Part shown: in pieces, positions 49,333 through 61,722 of the stretch
Position numbering within the stretch: the first letter of the stretch is position 1
Layout: the number at the start of each line of letters is the position of its first letter
Source: Trypethelium eluteriae
Lineage: Eukaryota
DNA length: 64,000 nt
Direction: 5' to 3'
Assembly (NCBI GenBank): GCA_051942245.1
Contig: JAVECL010000037.1
Coordinates: forward strand, 1 to 64,000
Notes under the pieces: generated by a model
What the model was told of the DNA's origin: nothing
Database searches by the model: none
What the model saw: the letters and a program-made list of their open reading frames with translations, nothing else
Position numbers and translations under genes: made by a program

Positions 49333-51399
49333 ATGTCTTGTCAGATATGTCACTCAGCTGCGGAGCTCTTCGAAGACCGCCAAAAGGAAGTTGTCGAACT
49401 TGGTTCCGTTGGAGAGATTCGTCACCGAGCAGACAATTGCACGTCGTGCCAGCAAATCTCTGACCTCTTCAATGATCTAGCGAATGAGTCAAATCCTAAT
49501 CATTGTCTGTGGCTTTTTGCAGACTCGAGTTTCCGTGAATCGGTCGAGCTGAGAGTCCGCACGTATGGTAGCTCATCGGAGAAACTCATCCAACTGGCTA
49601 GGAGAGATCGATACGCAATCAAGGTGGACAGTCTATGGATCAAAAATTCTCGGCTCCGGAAATGGGTAGATCTTTGCGACGGGCATCATGCAGGCTCTTG
49701 CCATCATCTTCCAAGCTGGATGGCAATTGAAGCGATACCAACGATCCTCTTAATTGATGTCAGAAAGGAGTGCTTGGTCGAGCTTCCGGGTTCCACACGA
49801 TACTACGCTTTGTCCTATGTTTGGGGTACCATACCGAACATGCTCGAAACGTTGACGTCTAACCTCGATGACCTAAAGAGAGACGGTGCTCTTGCGCATT
49901 CTAAGGCAATCCATCTAGGTCAAACCCTTCGTGACGCAATGAGCCTTGTTCGCAACCTAGGTGATAGGTACATTTGGATTGACCGGCTTTGCATCGTCCA
50001 AGACCACCCAGACAAGCACGCAATCATCCGGAGAATGGACAGTGTATACTCAAATGCCTATTGTACGATTGTCGTAGCAGATGGCAAGACAGCAGACTAT
50101 GGGCTTCATGGTATTACGCCTACAGCTTCACCGCGTCACTATCACCAGTATGCAATAGACTTGCCCAACTGCTCAGTAGTTACTCACATGGATCTTTCGC
50201 AAAAACAGAAGTACTATGATCGGGGATGGACAATGCAGGAACAATACCTCTCACCTCGCTGTCTCATTCTTTCGGACAGCATGGCCTATTGGGCTTGTCA
50301 AGTTTCCTTTCGGAAGGAAGATGTGCATGGGGAGCCTGACATACAGCAGCGCCGCAGTAGGCTTCCTTTCACCATGCTATTCAAGCGATGGCCTGATCTC
50401 GAAGCCTGGAAAGAATTGTGCCAGAGATATAATCCCAAGCAATTCACTTTTCAGGAAGATGTCTATGTTGCATTCAGTGGAATCCAAAGGGCCATGGAGA
50501 AGTCTTTTCCGGGAGGTTTTCTATACGGACTACCCGAGTTCTTCTTCGATTTCATGCTACTATGGTGGCCGTGTGAATCTATCAAGAGGAGGCGAATTGC
50601 ATGCGGACAACACGGTCATCCCTTACCAAGCTGGTCATGGCTGGGATGGGAAGGACAGATCGTGGCAGCGCCCCACGACCCATGGGAGGATTATGTCAAA
50701 CTGGCAGATCCCGATGACTTCAACGTCGGGGTTTCAGAGGACTATCGAATCTATCCTCTCGTAAAGTGGATGCAGGTAGGCGAGAAACAGGGTCAGCCGC
50801 GCGAAGTGCGCAATCACTATCACGTTTGGCGCGAGAAAGCCTGGGGAGCTTCAGAACTTCCGCCTGGATGGACGCGGATAGAAAACAAGAGAGAGAAGTC
50901 CTTCACGCTGGAACATGTCCCGGACATGCTGTTCAAATACCCACTACCATCGGTCGACAGCTTACCACCTGACGACCTTCAATGGATGTGGCCTCCCTTT
51001 CTCCATCTTCAGTCAAAGCGTGCCTTCTTCAAGACCATGACAACGACGTTACCCAACGCCGATCCCATGTTCCTTTTCATTGCTGACGATGACGACCGAC
51101 CTGCCGGCATAATCTTCTCCAACTCTTCACATCCCAACCTGCGGAAAAGCGAGCCGTGCGAACTTGTGGCCATCTCAAGGGGTACCGCAAAACAGAATCC
51201 GGAATGCGCTGATATGCCGGGTTCCACGATAGATTTGTATTGGGACGAACTTCGCAAGCATGACGGGTTCTACGAGTTCTATAATGTACTTTGGATCAAG
51301 TGGGAAGGTGATCATGTTGTTCGCGAGGGAGTGGGTAGAATTGAAAAATCGGTCTGGGAAATGCAGACTCTTGAAGAAATTGACACTCAGCTTCACTGA
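49333..51399 (+). CDS. HET (heterokaryon incompatibility) domain protein
   Basis: RYYALSYVWG, YIWIDRLCIVQD, MDSVYSNAYCTIV, RGWTMQE, LPSWSWLGW. Intronless. Confidence 0.92.
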   Translation: MSCQICHSAAELFEDRQKEVVELGSVGEIRHRADNCTSCQQISDLFNDLANESNPNHCLWLFADSSFRESVELRVRTYGSSSEKLIQLARRDRYAIKVDSLWIKNSRLRKWVDLCDGHHAGSCHHLPSWMAIEAIPTILLIDVRKECLVELPGSTRYYALSYVWGTIPNMLETLTSNLDDLKRDGALAHSKAIHLGQTLRDAMSLVRNLGDRYIWIDRLCIVQDHPDKHAIIRRMDSVYSNAYCTIVVADGKTADYGLHGITPTASPRHYHQYAIDLPNCSVVTHMDLSQKQKYYDRGWTMQEQYLSPRCLILSDSMAYWACQVSFRKEDVHGEPDIQQRRSRLPFTMLFKRWPDLEAWKELCQRYNPKQFTFQEDVYVAFSGIQRAMEKSFPGGFLYGLPEFFFDFMLLWWPCESIKRRRIACGQHGHPLPSWSWLGWEGQIVAAPHDPWEDYVKLADPDDFNVGVSEDYRIYPLVKWMQVGEKQGQPREVRNHYHVWREKAWGASELPPGWTRIENKREKSFTLEHVPDMLFKYPLPSVDSLPPDDLQWMWPPFLHLQSKRAFFKTMTTTLPNADPMFLFIADDDDRPAGIIFSNSSHPNLRKSEPCELVAISRGTAKQNPECADMPGSTIDLYWDELRKHDGFYEFYNVLWIKWEGDHVVREGVGRIEKSVWEMQTLEEIDTQLH

Positions 51400-51719
51400 A
51401 TGCCCGTCTAGTCGAAGGAAGACACATTCTGGGGTAAAGGTAGTTTTTGTCCCAAGCTTGTTCCCATACTTTGAAACTTTCCCTGTCACCATCAATAGAT
51501 GCCGGCATATCGACCATGTCAAACCCGTAGCGTATTTCTGGGACATAGTTGAGATGCGTCGCAGCCCCCAATACCTTGACCACTCCTGAAGCTCCTGTGG
51601 AGTTCACCGATCGAAGCATACTCTTCATGAAACGTCGGACCTTGCTTGCACACCTCCAGTCGTACCAATCTGATCCATCTACAAGCACGAAGACGGCATT
51701 GTATTGTTCCCGTAGCTTA

Positions 51720-52243
51720 CTCGGAGTCCTCTGGTCTTGGTCCACAGAAGGAGGTCACTCTTGTCATCAGCATTCATGGACGCAAACTCGGATCACTCTT
51801 TCGCCTTAGCGTTGTGTCTACCATTTCCCGTGAACACCATTGGCAGCCATCTTTTGTGCTGGTTTGCCATTTCCGAGCACCTTTGGGCTCACTTGGAGTC
51901 ATTTGGTCTTAGTCCACAGAGCGAGGCCACTCTCGTAATCAACATTCACGGGTGTAGACCCGGATCGCTCTTTCGCCTTAGCGTTGTGTTGATCATTTCC
52001 CATGAAGCCCATTGGCAATCGTATTTCATGCTGGTTCACCGATTCCGAGCACCTTTGAGCTCACTCGGGGTCCTTTAGTCTTAGTCCTCAGAATGAGGTC
52101 ACCCTTATCGTTGACACTCATAGTTGAAGACACCGTTCGCCTCAGCATTGTGTTCATCGTTTCCCGAGAAGACCATTGGCAACTGTCTTTCGTGCTGGGT
52201 CCCCAGTTCCGAGCATCTCTGAGCTCATCCGGAGTCCTCTGGT
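51720..52243. repeat. Tandem repeat, ~3 units of 172 bp
   Basis: Unit starts at 51720, 51892 and 52064, with a partial unit at 52228. Shared ttcgcctyagcrttgtgt, ccattggca and ttccgagca blocks. Confidence 0.9.
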
Positions 52244-53189
52244 GAGTACTGCTTTGATTCAATCAGGCGACCCCCAGCCTTGATGGACCAAGGTTTTTGC
52301 GCTGTGCAGGCAATACGTAACACAAGAAGGGTGATAATAGATCAGGAGATATGCTGGCTCGTTTTCGAGTGTGTACCAAATGAAAGCATGAGCCGAGAAG
52401 AAAAGGAAGGGTTGGTTAAAGCTAGACGCGTAACATGGTTTTGCGCCTCTGAGCCGGCAAGAGTGCCTGCTCGTGTCTATCGGTCCGGAGTGTCTTTGAA
52501 GACTCGTCGCTTCTAGATGTAAACAATCGCGAGCAAGGTATTACGGAAGCCGTGCCGTGGTCGTTACCGCGAACCATGCCGCGAGGAATTGTCAGAAAAA
52601 TGCACCTCCGAACTTGTGGTAGAGAGGAGAGTAAGGGCTATCGACTCCAGATAGCAGGACTAACCTCTTCGAAAGGGTCCCGGACCAGGCAACGACGTTG
52701 AAGCTCGAATTCATGAAGCTTCCGCAACATATCTGGAAAATAAAAGAGAGCACAAAAAGACTCACGTGGTTACTGTTACTGTAAGTCTTTGCCAATTACG
52801 TGAACCTCTTGCAATCCGTGCACACTCACTTGCCACGCTCCTTCCATCCGATGGACCTGCAATTTTTGTTGGATATATCAGTAACTGCGTCCCAAAGTTC
52901 AGACCCGAAACCCCTCTGAGCGTCTCCTTGAACTTCCAATCGAATCGGGCCAACTGCCTTTTAGTACCTTAAGTGATGTTGTTCATGAAGTAGATCCAAT
53001 CAACATAGCCTCGGAGGTGGTGTTTACCACATCTCACGCGCGCTCGGATCCCTTCATGTAGATCCTTACGCCCTGTAGTTATTAGTTCATTTCCCTTCGC
53101 CCTCACCTAGATAGGGAGGTCTATACAGCAGCCTGCACCTCGGGCGACCTAGATAGGTCAATTGAGTTCTTTCCTCCGATTCAGTTGTT

Positions 53190-54933
53190 TGTTACAACAT
53201 CAGCGACAGAAATACAACTTGTACCCAGGGAATGGAGACCTAAACTCTTACGACTTTGGACTCATTCACAATCGTTGAGTCGCAGTGGCTCATCTTTCAC
53301 GCACTGGTAGTGCGAGCGCGGCAACCGCAGTGCAAGGAGCTCGTACCACCTTCCCAAATATCCAATTTACGCTGGGTGTGGGTATCTGTGGTGCCATTCC
53401 AAATTACAAGATCTCCGACTCGAACTCCAGCGAACGCATTCATCGAGGTGATGTCATTATCAGTACGAATGTCCTTCTTTACTCGATAACGAGACTGCAG
53501 CATGGCGAAATTCAGATCAAAGACAAGCGACCGCATAGCCTATCTAGTCCACCAACAGTTATTGCGAATTTCCTCAGTAGATTACAAACCAGTGAATATG
53601 AGACGATCGAAGAAGACACAATAGGAGAGATCGAAGATGCAATTTCAAAGCAGAACAAAAAAGAGAAAAGATTCGGATGGCAACCAACTTATCCCCCCTG
53701 GGAAACGGACATTTCCTATCCATCAAAGTTCCTGCACGTCCATCGCAAGGACAGCACCGGAAAATAAATCGCTCCTGTGAAAAAATGTTGTCAAGAGTGC
53801 GCTTGTGATGGAGCTAGAAATAGCACATGTAAGGGCCTAGAATGCGACAAGTACTACGAAGGAGAAAAACGTTCGCTCCACGACCTTGTAGTACATTTTG
53901 GAGGCATTGCAACCGGAGACTGCGTTTTGAGATCTGCAAGAGACCGCGACATGCTTGCTGAGACGTATGGCGAAGAGTATGATCTAAAAGCATTCGAAAT
54001 GGAGGCTGCCGGCATTTGGAAAGATAGCAATTGCATTATAATCAAAGGGGTAAGTGACTATGCGGACTCGCACAAGACAGATGAATGGCGACCATACGCT
54101 GCTCTAGCAGCTGCTTCTTGCGCGAAGGCAGTTATACGCCATTGGGACTCATTTCCTCCCCAGAGGACAGCATGCCGTACAGGCTAGTTTTTCTCCTCTA
54201 TATATTGGGGCAGTCCCTCATGAGTTCTATAGGTTCAATGAGTCCTGAACCTATATTGAGTCGTTTGGACGCCATGCATATTTCAGCAAAGCCCGGCTTA
54301 TGGAGCAACCGCCCTCTCGCACCGAAGACTTTGAAGTCGACCGTGTGTCGGAAAATCTGTAGTGCATTGAGGCCTTGGCTGAGAGCTACAGAGAGCAGTT
54401 TTCTCATATTCTATGGATCAAATCAAGGAGACTGGCAGAAGAGTCTAGCTCATTCACTTTCCTTTGGATTTCTGGAGAAGCGTTATCCGATCATCTTTCT
54501 TGCCATAGATGCCAGTACCAACCCAGCAGAGTCATTAATTAACGATTTTGCAGTTCAACTCTTTGATTGCCTTCAGATCGAGAGACTGCCGGGTGACAAA
54601 GCAAAGCAGGAAGATGAAAATAGTCTACTAGGAGACTTGGGCGATTTGTTGAAACGGGTAACTCTACCAAGATCCCTTGTCGTTGTTGTTTCTGCATCGA
54701 GGCTACCGACGCCGAAGGATGCTGAAAGCATTGACTATGCTTCTCGATTTTTACATCTTTTGTACCAAGCACCAAAGGTGAAATTCCTGTATTTGGGAAT
54801 AGATCTTGGAGTCTTCCAAGCATTTATTATGGAGCTCCCGGCAGATAAATACTTCAAGATAAATCCTGATCGATGGCAACGTGCAGATAAAGTAGTTCTT
54901 GATAGTCTAATCGAAATTCCTATGGCAAAGTAA
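53190..54933 (+). pseudogene. PNP_UDP (nucleoside phosphorylase-like) NLR-effector gene, disrupted
   Basis: GDLNSYDFG, FPNIQFTLGVGICGAIP, RGDVIIS, VHFGGIATGD, FEMEAAG, IKGVSDYADSHK. In-frame stops at 53276 and 53765. 5' boundary approximate. Confidence 0.82.
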
Positions 54934-55653
54934 GATTGTGCTAGAGTATTGTCAAAGTGAGGAGATGTATCAATTCTACAAGTGACTACTACGGCTTCTA
55001 GACCACTTTGAAGTTTAATTCTTGTGGCTGCTATTTCCCGCGAGACATAAAAAAGTATGTATCTTTTCCACCATGAGTGTTGTTTTCCTCGAATGGCAAA
55101 TGTATACTCCAATTACCCAGTATAATAATTTCCTAAAGGGTCTTGGACTCACGCGTCCTATCCATCTAGAACGAGCTGACTGACTATCTAATTAATATCA
55201 GACTCCTTGTCTAATTTTCCCTGTCTTACCTGATAATCTCGCTTTTCGCCATTGATCCGGTGGTTTTTGGGCTCACGGACTTGTTATTACAATTCTAGAT
55301 GATAAGAGGCTAGTACACATGCAGAGGTCTATACAGACACGCGTCACGACCTAGAACGCCAAGGCTCTACTGATCAGCTGAATTCGATACAGAGGACCAG
55401 CATAGATTAAATCTAGCTCTTTGGCAGATATTTCTTCATTACTATTACGAGAGCCCCTTCCGTGGCAACCCCAATACGAGGCTATAGTTAGGTAAAGTGG
55501 GATAGATCCGAATTCCCTGAAATGCAATGACACAAAGCCGCAGAAACCAGAATCGCCAAATCCAAACATTCCATTGCTATAGGGACTCGATTGTCCAGTT
55601 TCTATACACCGAGTTATGGGTACCATCGTCGGGGCTACTCCCAACCGTACCAC

Positions 55654-58050
55654 TCAGGCCTTGGGGAAAGACCGTCTCTTGTGCCGGCGATTACATAGTG
55701 GTGCAGAACTTGAGCACACTGGGCGACCCGGTTTGCCATGCGGCAATGGCTGTTGATGTGAGGCTGGGCGCTGCGGAGCTTTGCTGCCTGGCTTGGGGTT
55801 AAGCGGCGCAGGTTGTGGATTGGAAAACTGAGACGTCTGCTGAGTACCTGGACGTCTGACTACGTTTTTTTGGCCTGGTATCCCTCCATCTGGCATCGGC
55901 CCGTCATATATCAAAAAGGGTATGTTATTATCGGAGGTATTCAGAAAGGGAACGCCAATACTTGTGTAGTTGACCCCGGCGGGGAGAGAGGCGGCGGGGG
56001 CTGGTAGGACTGCCGAGCTGCTGATATTTCCGGATGTAGCATATCTCGTTGAGCCTTGAGTACACGGTTGGGGAGATGTCCATATCGCATCTGCGGCGTA
56101 CGACCACAGATTAGTAAAGTTGTTGAAGGTGTTCGGCGTCAAGATGATTCTACAGTATGCAGCTTCAAATTGCATTGCGAGAGGCACCGTTTCTCCCCTA
56201 CGGACCTGTGCTCGCAGACTGATTTCTCCATCGTAGAAGAAGAAGTCGATGGATCGATTGGGAAGGTCATTTGGCTGGTTATTTGGCTGGTCTGTATAAA
56301 TGTCGACGGCGGCCTCGATATCGGTGTCGAGCTTGTCCAGATCATAGAATCGAGCATCTCGACTACCGCTTGGGGTTTGCATAGACCCATAATTTGGGCG
56401 TCCGCTAATCACAACATTCTTCACACCACCATCATGATACATCATTTCCATGAAAAGGGAGCACACAGATGCACACAATCCGTCAGAAAGCCAGGAACTA
56501 TCATCAATCACGATGGACGTCCCGCTCAGAAATAGCGACTTACCATGACAATGTTCTCTGGAGCGTCGCCCGAGGATGGTGATAGCAAGACGGAGGGAGG
56601 CACTTCAGCGCCGAAAGCGGAGAAGTCGAAAGGGTAATTCGAGGTGTTCAGTTGCTGGATCAGGGTGGAATTTTGAACGCCATGTCGCCAGTGGCCGCGT
56701 TGAGCTTGATTGTTGCGATCCATTCATCTGAGGACGAGGCAATATAATCACAGCTGGTCGTGTCCAAGCCGTCCCACAATGGGGTGATGGCGTTACCTAT
56801 CTTGTCCTCCAGAGGCTAAGCACGCATGATGCTGCCTGCGTAGGGCTCGATGGACGGAAAGAATTGCTTGGATAAGCTATAGGTTAGGAACATATCGCCT
56901 CCCTCATTCTGCTGAAGATCAATTAGAACTTTTTTCTAAGCCAGCAGCTTTGCTTTAAGCGAGGAATTGCTGAATAGCACTAGTGAAGGCCTGAATGGCG
57001 TCGCCATCCGCATAAAATGTTGGAATACTCAAGACCGCTAGCGACTGATCTCGGAGGAAGCACCCAGTAAAATAAAATGTGTCGGATAGATCATCTTGAA
57101 CAGTTACAGGATCTGCTGGAAAAGCCCCACCCATGGTGTTGGCAAATGAGGTTGGCGGTGGGCTCGTAGAATCCGTCTCTGTGTCATTTGTGGCAGGAGG
57201 AATTATACCAGATGCTGGATAGAAGCCGAGGACGAAAGAATTTTAAAAGTCGCCTCCAGTCTCCAGAGGGCCGGTATCACCGGGTTTGTAGTACGCGGCC
57301 AGCAATGTGTCATCTAGAACAGAGCAATTCTCGAAAGCATAAGTGAACGTGTTGCCAGGGAAGAAGGTAGCTGCACCACTCCAAAGGCTCAAGCTACCCA
57401 GGATATCTTGAACAGGATTTTTCATGAGTATATTCCAACAAGCATGAGGTTCTAGAGTGTTGGAAGAGTTCAGGGCAGCAAAGCGAGAGGGACATTCGAC
57501 AACATTGGTGCCATTGATCTCATTGATGGCAGATGGCTGCCACGACTCATCGGGATCTTTAGTCTGATTGAGGAATAAATCATCTGCCAGATATAATCCA
57601 TTAGTACCGACTTTTCTCTCAAGTATGCGGACATTTACCGGTGAGGTAGACTTTCGGGAGTTCAAGTCCATCAATGGACAATGAAGTGAGACCGTATGCG
57701 CTTCCAAAGGTAAAGGATGACAGAACGCCGCCGATCAAGCTCACATGAGCGTCATTGGCCGAGTAGAGGACGTTTGCGAGGGCAGCTTCGAACTGATACT
57801 CATTCGCAAAACCACCGCTGTCGATAGTGGTCTGGATCTCGTCTAAACCACCGATCAGATCTACTGCAGGTTGCTGATAGCCCGATGGAGGTTGCTTAAG
57901 ATAATCCAAGGTGCTCTGAAACTGGAGCGTGTCATTCCAGTATGCGATGAACTGAGAGGCGACAGCAGGATCAAAGGGAACAGTGATAAAGCAGTTGTGA
58001 ACGTACATCGCGTGGGCAATGAGAGCTTCTGGTATCAGCATGTACTGCGT
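55654..58050 (-). pseudogene. Fungal peptidase S41-family gene, disrupted
   Basis: VPFDPAVA..F....LQFQSTL.YLK.PP.GY, NEYQFE..L, DAH, LIDLQQNEG, DGLCASVCSLFMEMM. Stop at 57243 and frameshifts. Boundaries approximate. Confidence 0.75.
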
Positions 58051-58864
58051 CCGTCGGAAACAGCTGGGCTTACCGTCATTTGCATTGGCCTCTAGATGAG
58101 ATTGCCACAAGCATGCGATGGTCCTGAAGGCGGGTCTGAAGAAACGAGCTGCGGCGCCCCCAAAACTGAAACGATTGATACGCGAGGCAAGAGTGCAAGA
58201 ACGAGGAAGAGTTGCGTATTCATTGCAATGAAAGACAGAAACAAAAATGATTGAAGAAAGCGCACTCAGTAAGCCGTCGAGCAAAAAGAGTAATAGGGAA
58301 GGGCGAAAGGACCAAACTTATTGTGCGTTGTAGACGGAGCATAGGCTGCGTCTCCACTCAGCTCGATGCGTGACTCGTGTGGAGTCAAGACTTTGTATAC
58401 GCATTATTTGTTACCGTCAAGAATACATCTTGGAGCTAAGATGACCTGCAGAACCAAAATAGAACAAAACATAATTAAACTGAATGTCCTTGGAAAACAA
58501 TAAGGCGAAATACTTAGGTACCTTATCTCTACTCTCACCACTCCTCCCTCCAACATTCAACACTACTCTCCTCCAGTGGCTGTGATCTTGTGCCGTCATG
58601 TACAAGCAATCCGACGATGTAATTGAGCAATCTTGGGGTTGTATGCTGCATCCTCTTGGTACTTCATGCTCTCCCACAGCATATTCTGCCGAATCTAACC
58701 ATGCATAAGGTAAGGATGTCCTCGGTCCAATATTTGGTGGTTTCTCAATTATCGCGATAAGTCCGGGCTGGAGGCAGCCAGTGCTGTGCAGTCGCTCTGC
58801 CAGTCAACAATATGAGGTGATACATCTGGACTTGCGCAAGAGAAGACAACTGCTCTCACTTTCA

Positions 58865-59807
58865 CTATCGATTGCCGACATGATCCTCTGGCAGTTCCTG
58901 TCTTGGCTCGCTTGCAAGCTCTAGCCTGTTGTTAGGGTGATCCGGCAATTCATATTTCAGATCCACGGCGCTCAAGCCTTGCGGTGATGCAAACGTACGT
59001 TTTGAACTCAGATCTTGTGTCTTCTTACTCCACCTGCCGATATAAAAAGCGCCCGTGAGGAGACTTAGAGTTACGAGAGCTCCGATAACGATACCTGCAA
59101 TGGCTCCACCTGGAAGAGAAGATCCTTGAGAAGAGAGGGTGGGGGATGTTTGAGGAGTTGTTGTGACTGGAGATAAGGGACTGGAAGCGGTGGAAGCAAG
59201 GCCGGCCGATACCGAGGAACTGGTATGAGAGAAGATTGAAGATGATGATGCGGAATCAGAGGACATAAAACTTGTGACCAAGTATGCATTGGGTGTGAAC
59301 GTGAAGAAGGTCGCCGAGGGGCTTGCAGAGTTCAATGACGAAAATGTCTGGTTCAATTTCGTTACATCTGCATTTGCAAGTATATTTGTGCCAGTCAACC
59401 AACAGTTATTAAATTGGTCTGTTATGATCAGATTAGACACATCTACCAAGGATAATAGGGCAATTTTGGTATTTCACCTGGAGTTCGGGTGCAAGTCTCT
59501 CTAGAAAATTCGAATTAGCCTTATTGTCTCAGGTACACATACACGTAAATAAACTCACGTACAGAGCAGCATAGCAACAATACTCTTCCGATCCACCACA
59601 GGTGATTGTTGAGCCGTCCGGGGCGCAGGAAATGCCTAGAGCCCAGCAGACGCTGTCCGGTCCAAAAGAATCACAACAATATCCTCGCGCTAGTGTTGAG
59701 TTGTGTGCACACGCGTTGGGGGGAGCACACTTCGAGCCATTGAAATAAGGACATGACCACTGCGATGCTTCGGAGGTGAAGAAGAATGAAGAGAGTTGTG
59801 TGGCCAT
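58865..59807 (-). CDS. Single-pass membrane protein: Cys-rich N-terminus, Ser/Thr-rich stalk, TM helix
   Basis: Cys-rich first exon, S/T tract, LPGGAIAGIVIGALVTLSLL, cytoplasmic YELP..LELA..QELP repeats. No clear signal peptide; exon structure approximate. Confidence 0.6.
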
Positions 59808-61722
59808 GGCCGACCGAATTAGTAGTGGAGAGACTACGAGAGGTGATGGAGAGAAGAAGTCAACTTTGTGTTCGCATCCTCTCACGGTCTCTTAACAGGA
59901 TGATGATATCATGAATGGGTTTCATCAGTCGAACAGTAATTATAATCAAGATTTGAAACCATTCTTGCACGTACATTGAGCTATGAGCTTGCTGAATAGG
60001 CTTGGACATCATGCAGCTAATGCTTATATCACCCTACGACCAAGTCATGGAGGTAAATTGATGCTCGGTGTCATAAGTCTTCAGCCCCCACAAGAGCCGG
60101 GTTAGATCACATGGACGCCTGACCGAGAGCTTTTTTGACCAAATGCAGTAGGAAATTCGCTGGTAGACGCCTAGCTGAGACCAACGCCGTTGGCTGTCTC
60201 AGATGCCATATAACCGAAATGGCTCATCCAATGGTTAATGGACCGTAGAGACTCATTGGAATTGTCTACTCGTGAAGCATACTGGTCGTTGCGCAAGGCG
60301 GAAATTTGCACTTCGCCATCTGGCTTGTCAGGTCTGGGAACGGGAAGGACTGAACACTGGCTGAGTTGGCAAAAGATTGCACGAAGGCATAGCTGGAGCT
60401 GCAGGAGGACACGAACTGTCTTGAAGAAATAAACACTGTGTGGTGCATGCTATAACCCGCAGCTGAGCTGCTGGATCAGCAGCGCTAACACCAGTGCTTT
60501 CGCCGTTGAATGGAAGGCTTGCCCTTTTGAGCGATGATTTCACGTGAGATATACCCAATTGGGGTTAACCGTCGAAACCGGCTAAAACAAGGACAGATTT
60601 TCTGAAATGATAGAAACGCGCCCCAATTCTCCTGCACAATGATTACTGAGAGACAGTTGCATTGGTGGGATCGAAGCTAAGGCTCAGGCAGGTGCAGGTA
60701 GGCGTGATAGAGTACCTGATACTCTAAGCAGTACGAGCGAGAACACCGAAAAGTGTCCGAAATTGACACGGACTACTAGAGTACAGCCTAAGACTCTGCA
60801 TTCCGTGTTTCAAGTGATGACTCGTTTAGCCATTGCTCCACCAATTCTGTGCGGCCTTCCACAATAGCTATCGTGCGTATATTAGATCTACTTTTGAGGG
60901 CTATATGAGTTGTAGGAGCGTAAGGAGGAGGTTATTATTTGTTGCTGGTTCGAGTCAGAAGGTTTCCGGCGCTAAGACGAGTTAGGCGTGAAGCTGAAGT
61001 CGAGACCGGCAGGGGCCACCATGGATACAACCTACTGTACTTCCTATCATTCCCTAGCAGCTGCTATAGGCGCGTGCAAGGCTACAGCAAATATCACTGG
61101 AGGTGTTCCTTCATGTAGATTCGGAACCAGGTGTTCTCAAATCGAACAAATCGGCGAGAATCTGGAAAACCCCTATTTTTTAAATTTTGGAGCCGAGTGG
61201 GGCCCCAACCAACCGATATCCTGCCCCTGCGCTGGCCATCGGGCGCGCCGACCTGCTGTACTACTAAGAATCCACATTTTTCCAGGCAAAAAGGCGAATT
61301 CATATCTCACGGGCAAGAGAACTTGAAAAGAAGGCTTGCGGCTGACCCCTCATCTCCCATGTGGGATCCTATCATGGCACCCTTAGCGAGTTACTGGCTC
61401 CGCGCTGTAATGTGCACTACTCATCAGACTTTTTCTCGCCTATCCACTCGTCGTCAATTGAATTACTGGAGAAAAGGATGATAGTTTGGTCTACGGTGGG
61501 AGAGCTGGCTACATGCATGCAAGTGTGCCCGTCCACCTTCTCATCTGTGGTGGAGCGCTCCGTTCCTGCTCCACATCGTCTCTGATTAGCATACTCCAAC
61601 GGACCGAGTGTCCCGTAACCCTAGAACCATCGTTGACTTCTACCTCGTCAAGGTCACATCGCATTCCTTCCGTCCATCACCGAGTATCTTGGTGATATTG
61701 TTGGACCTCTGTGCTCGGTGTC

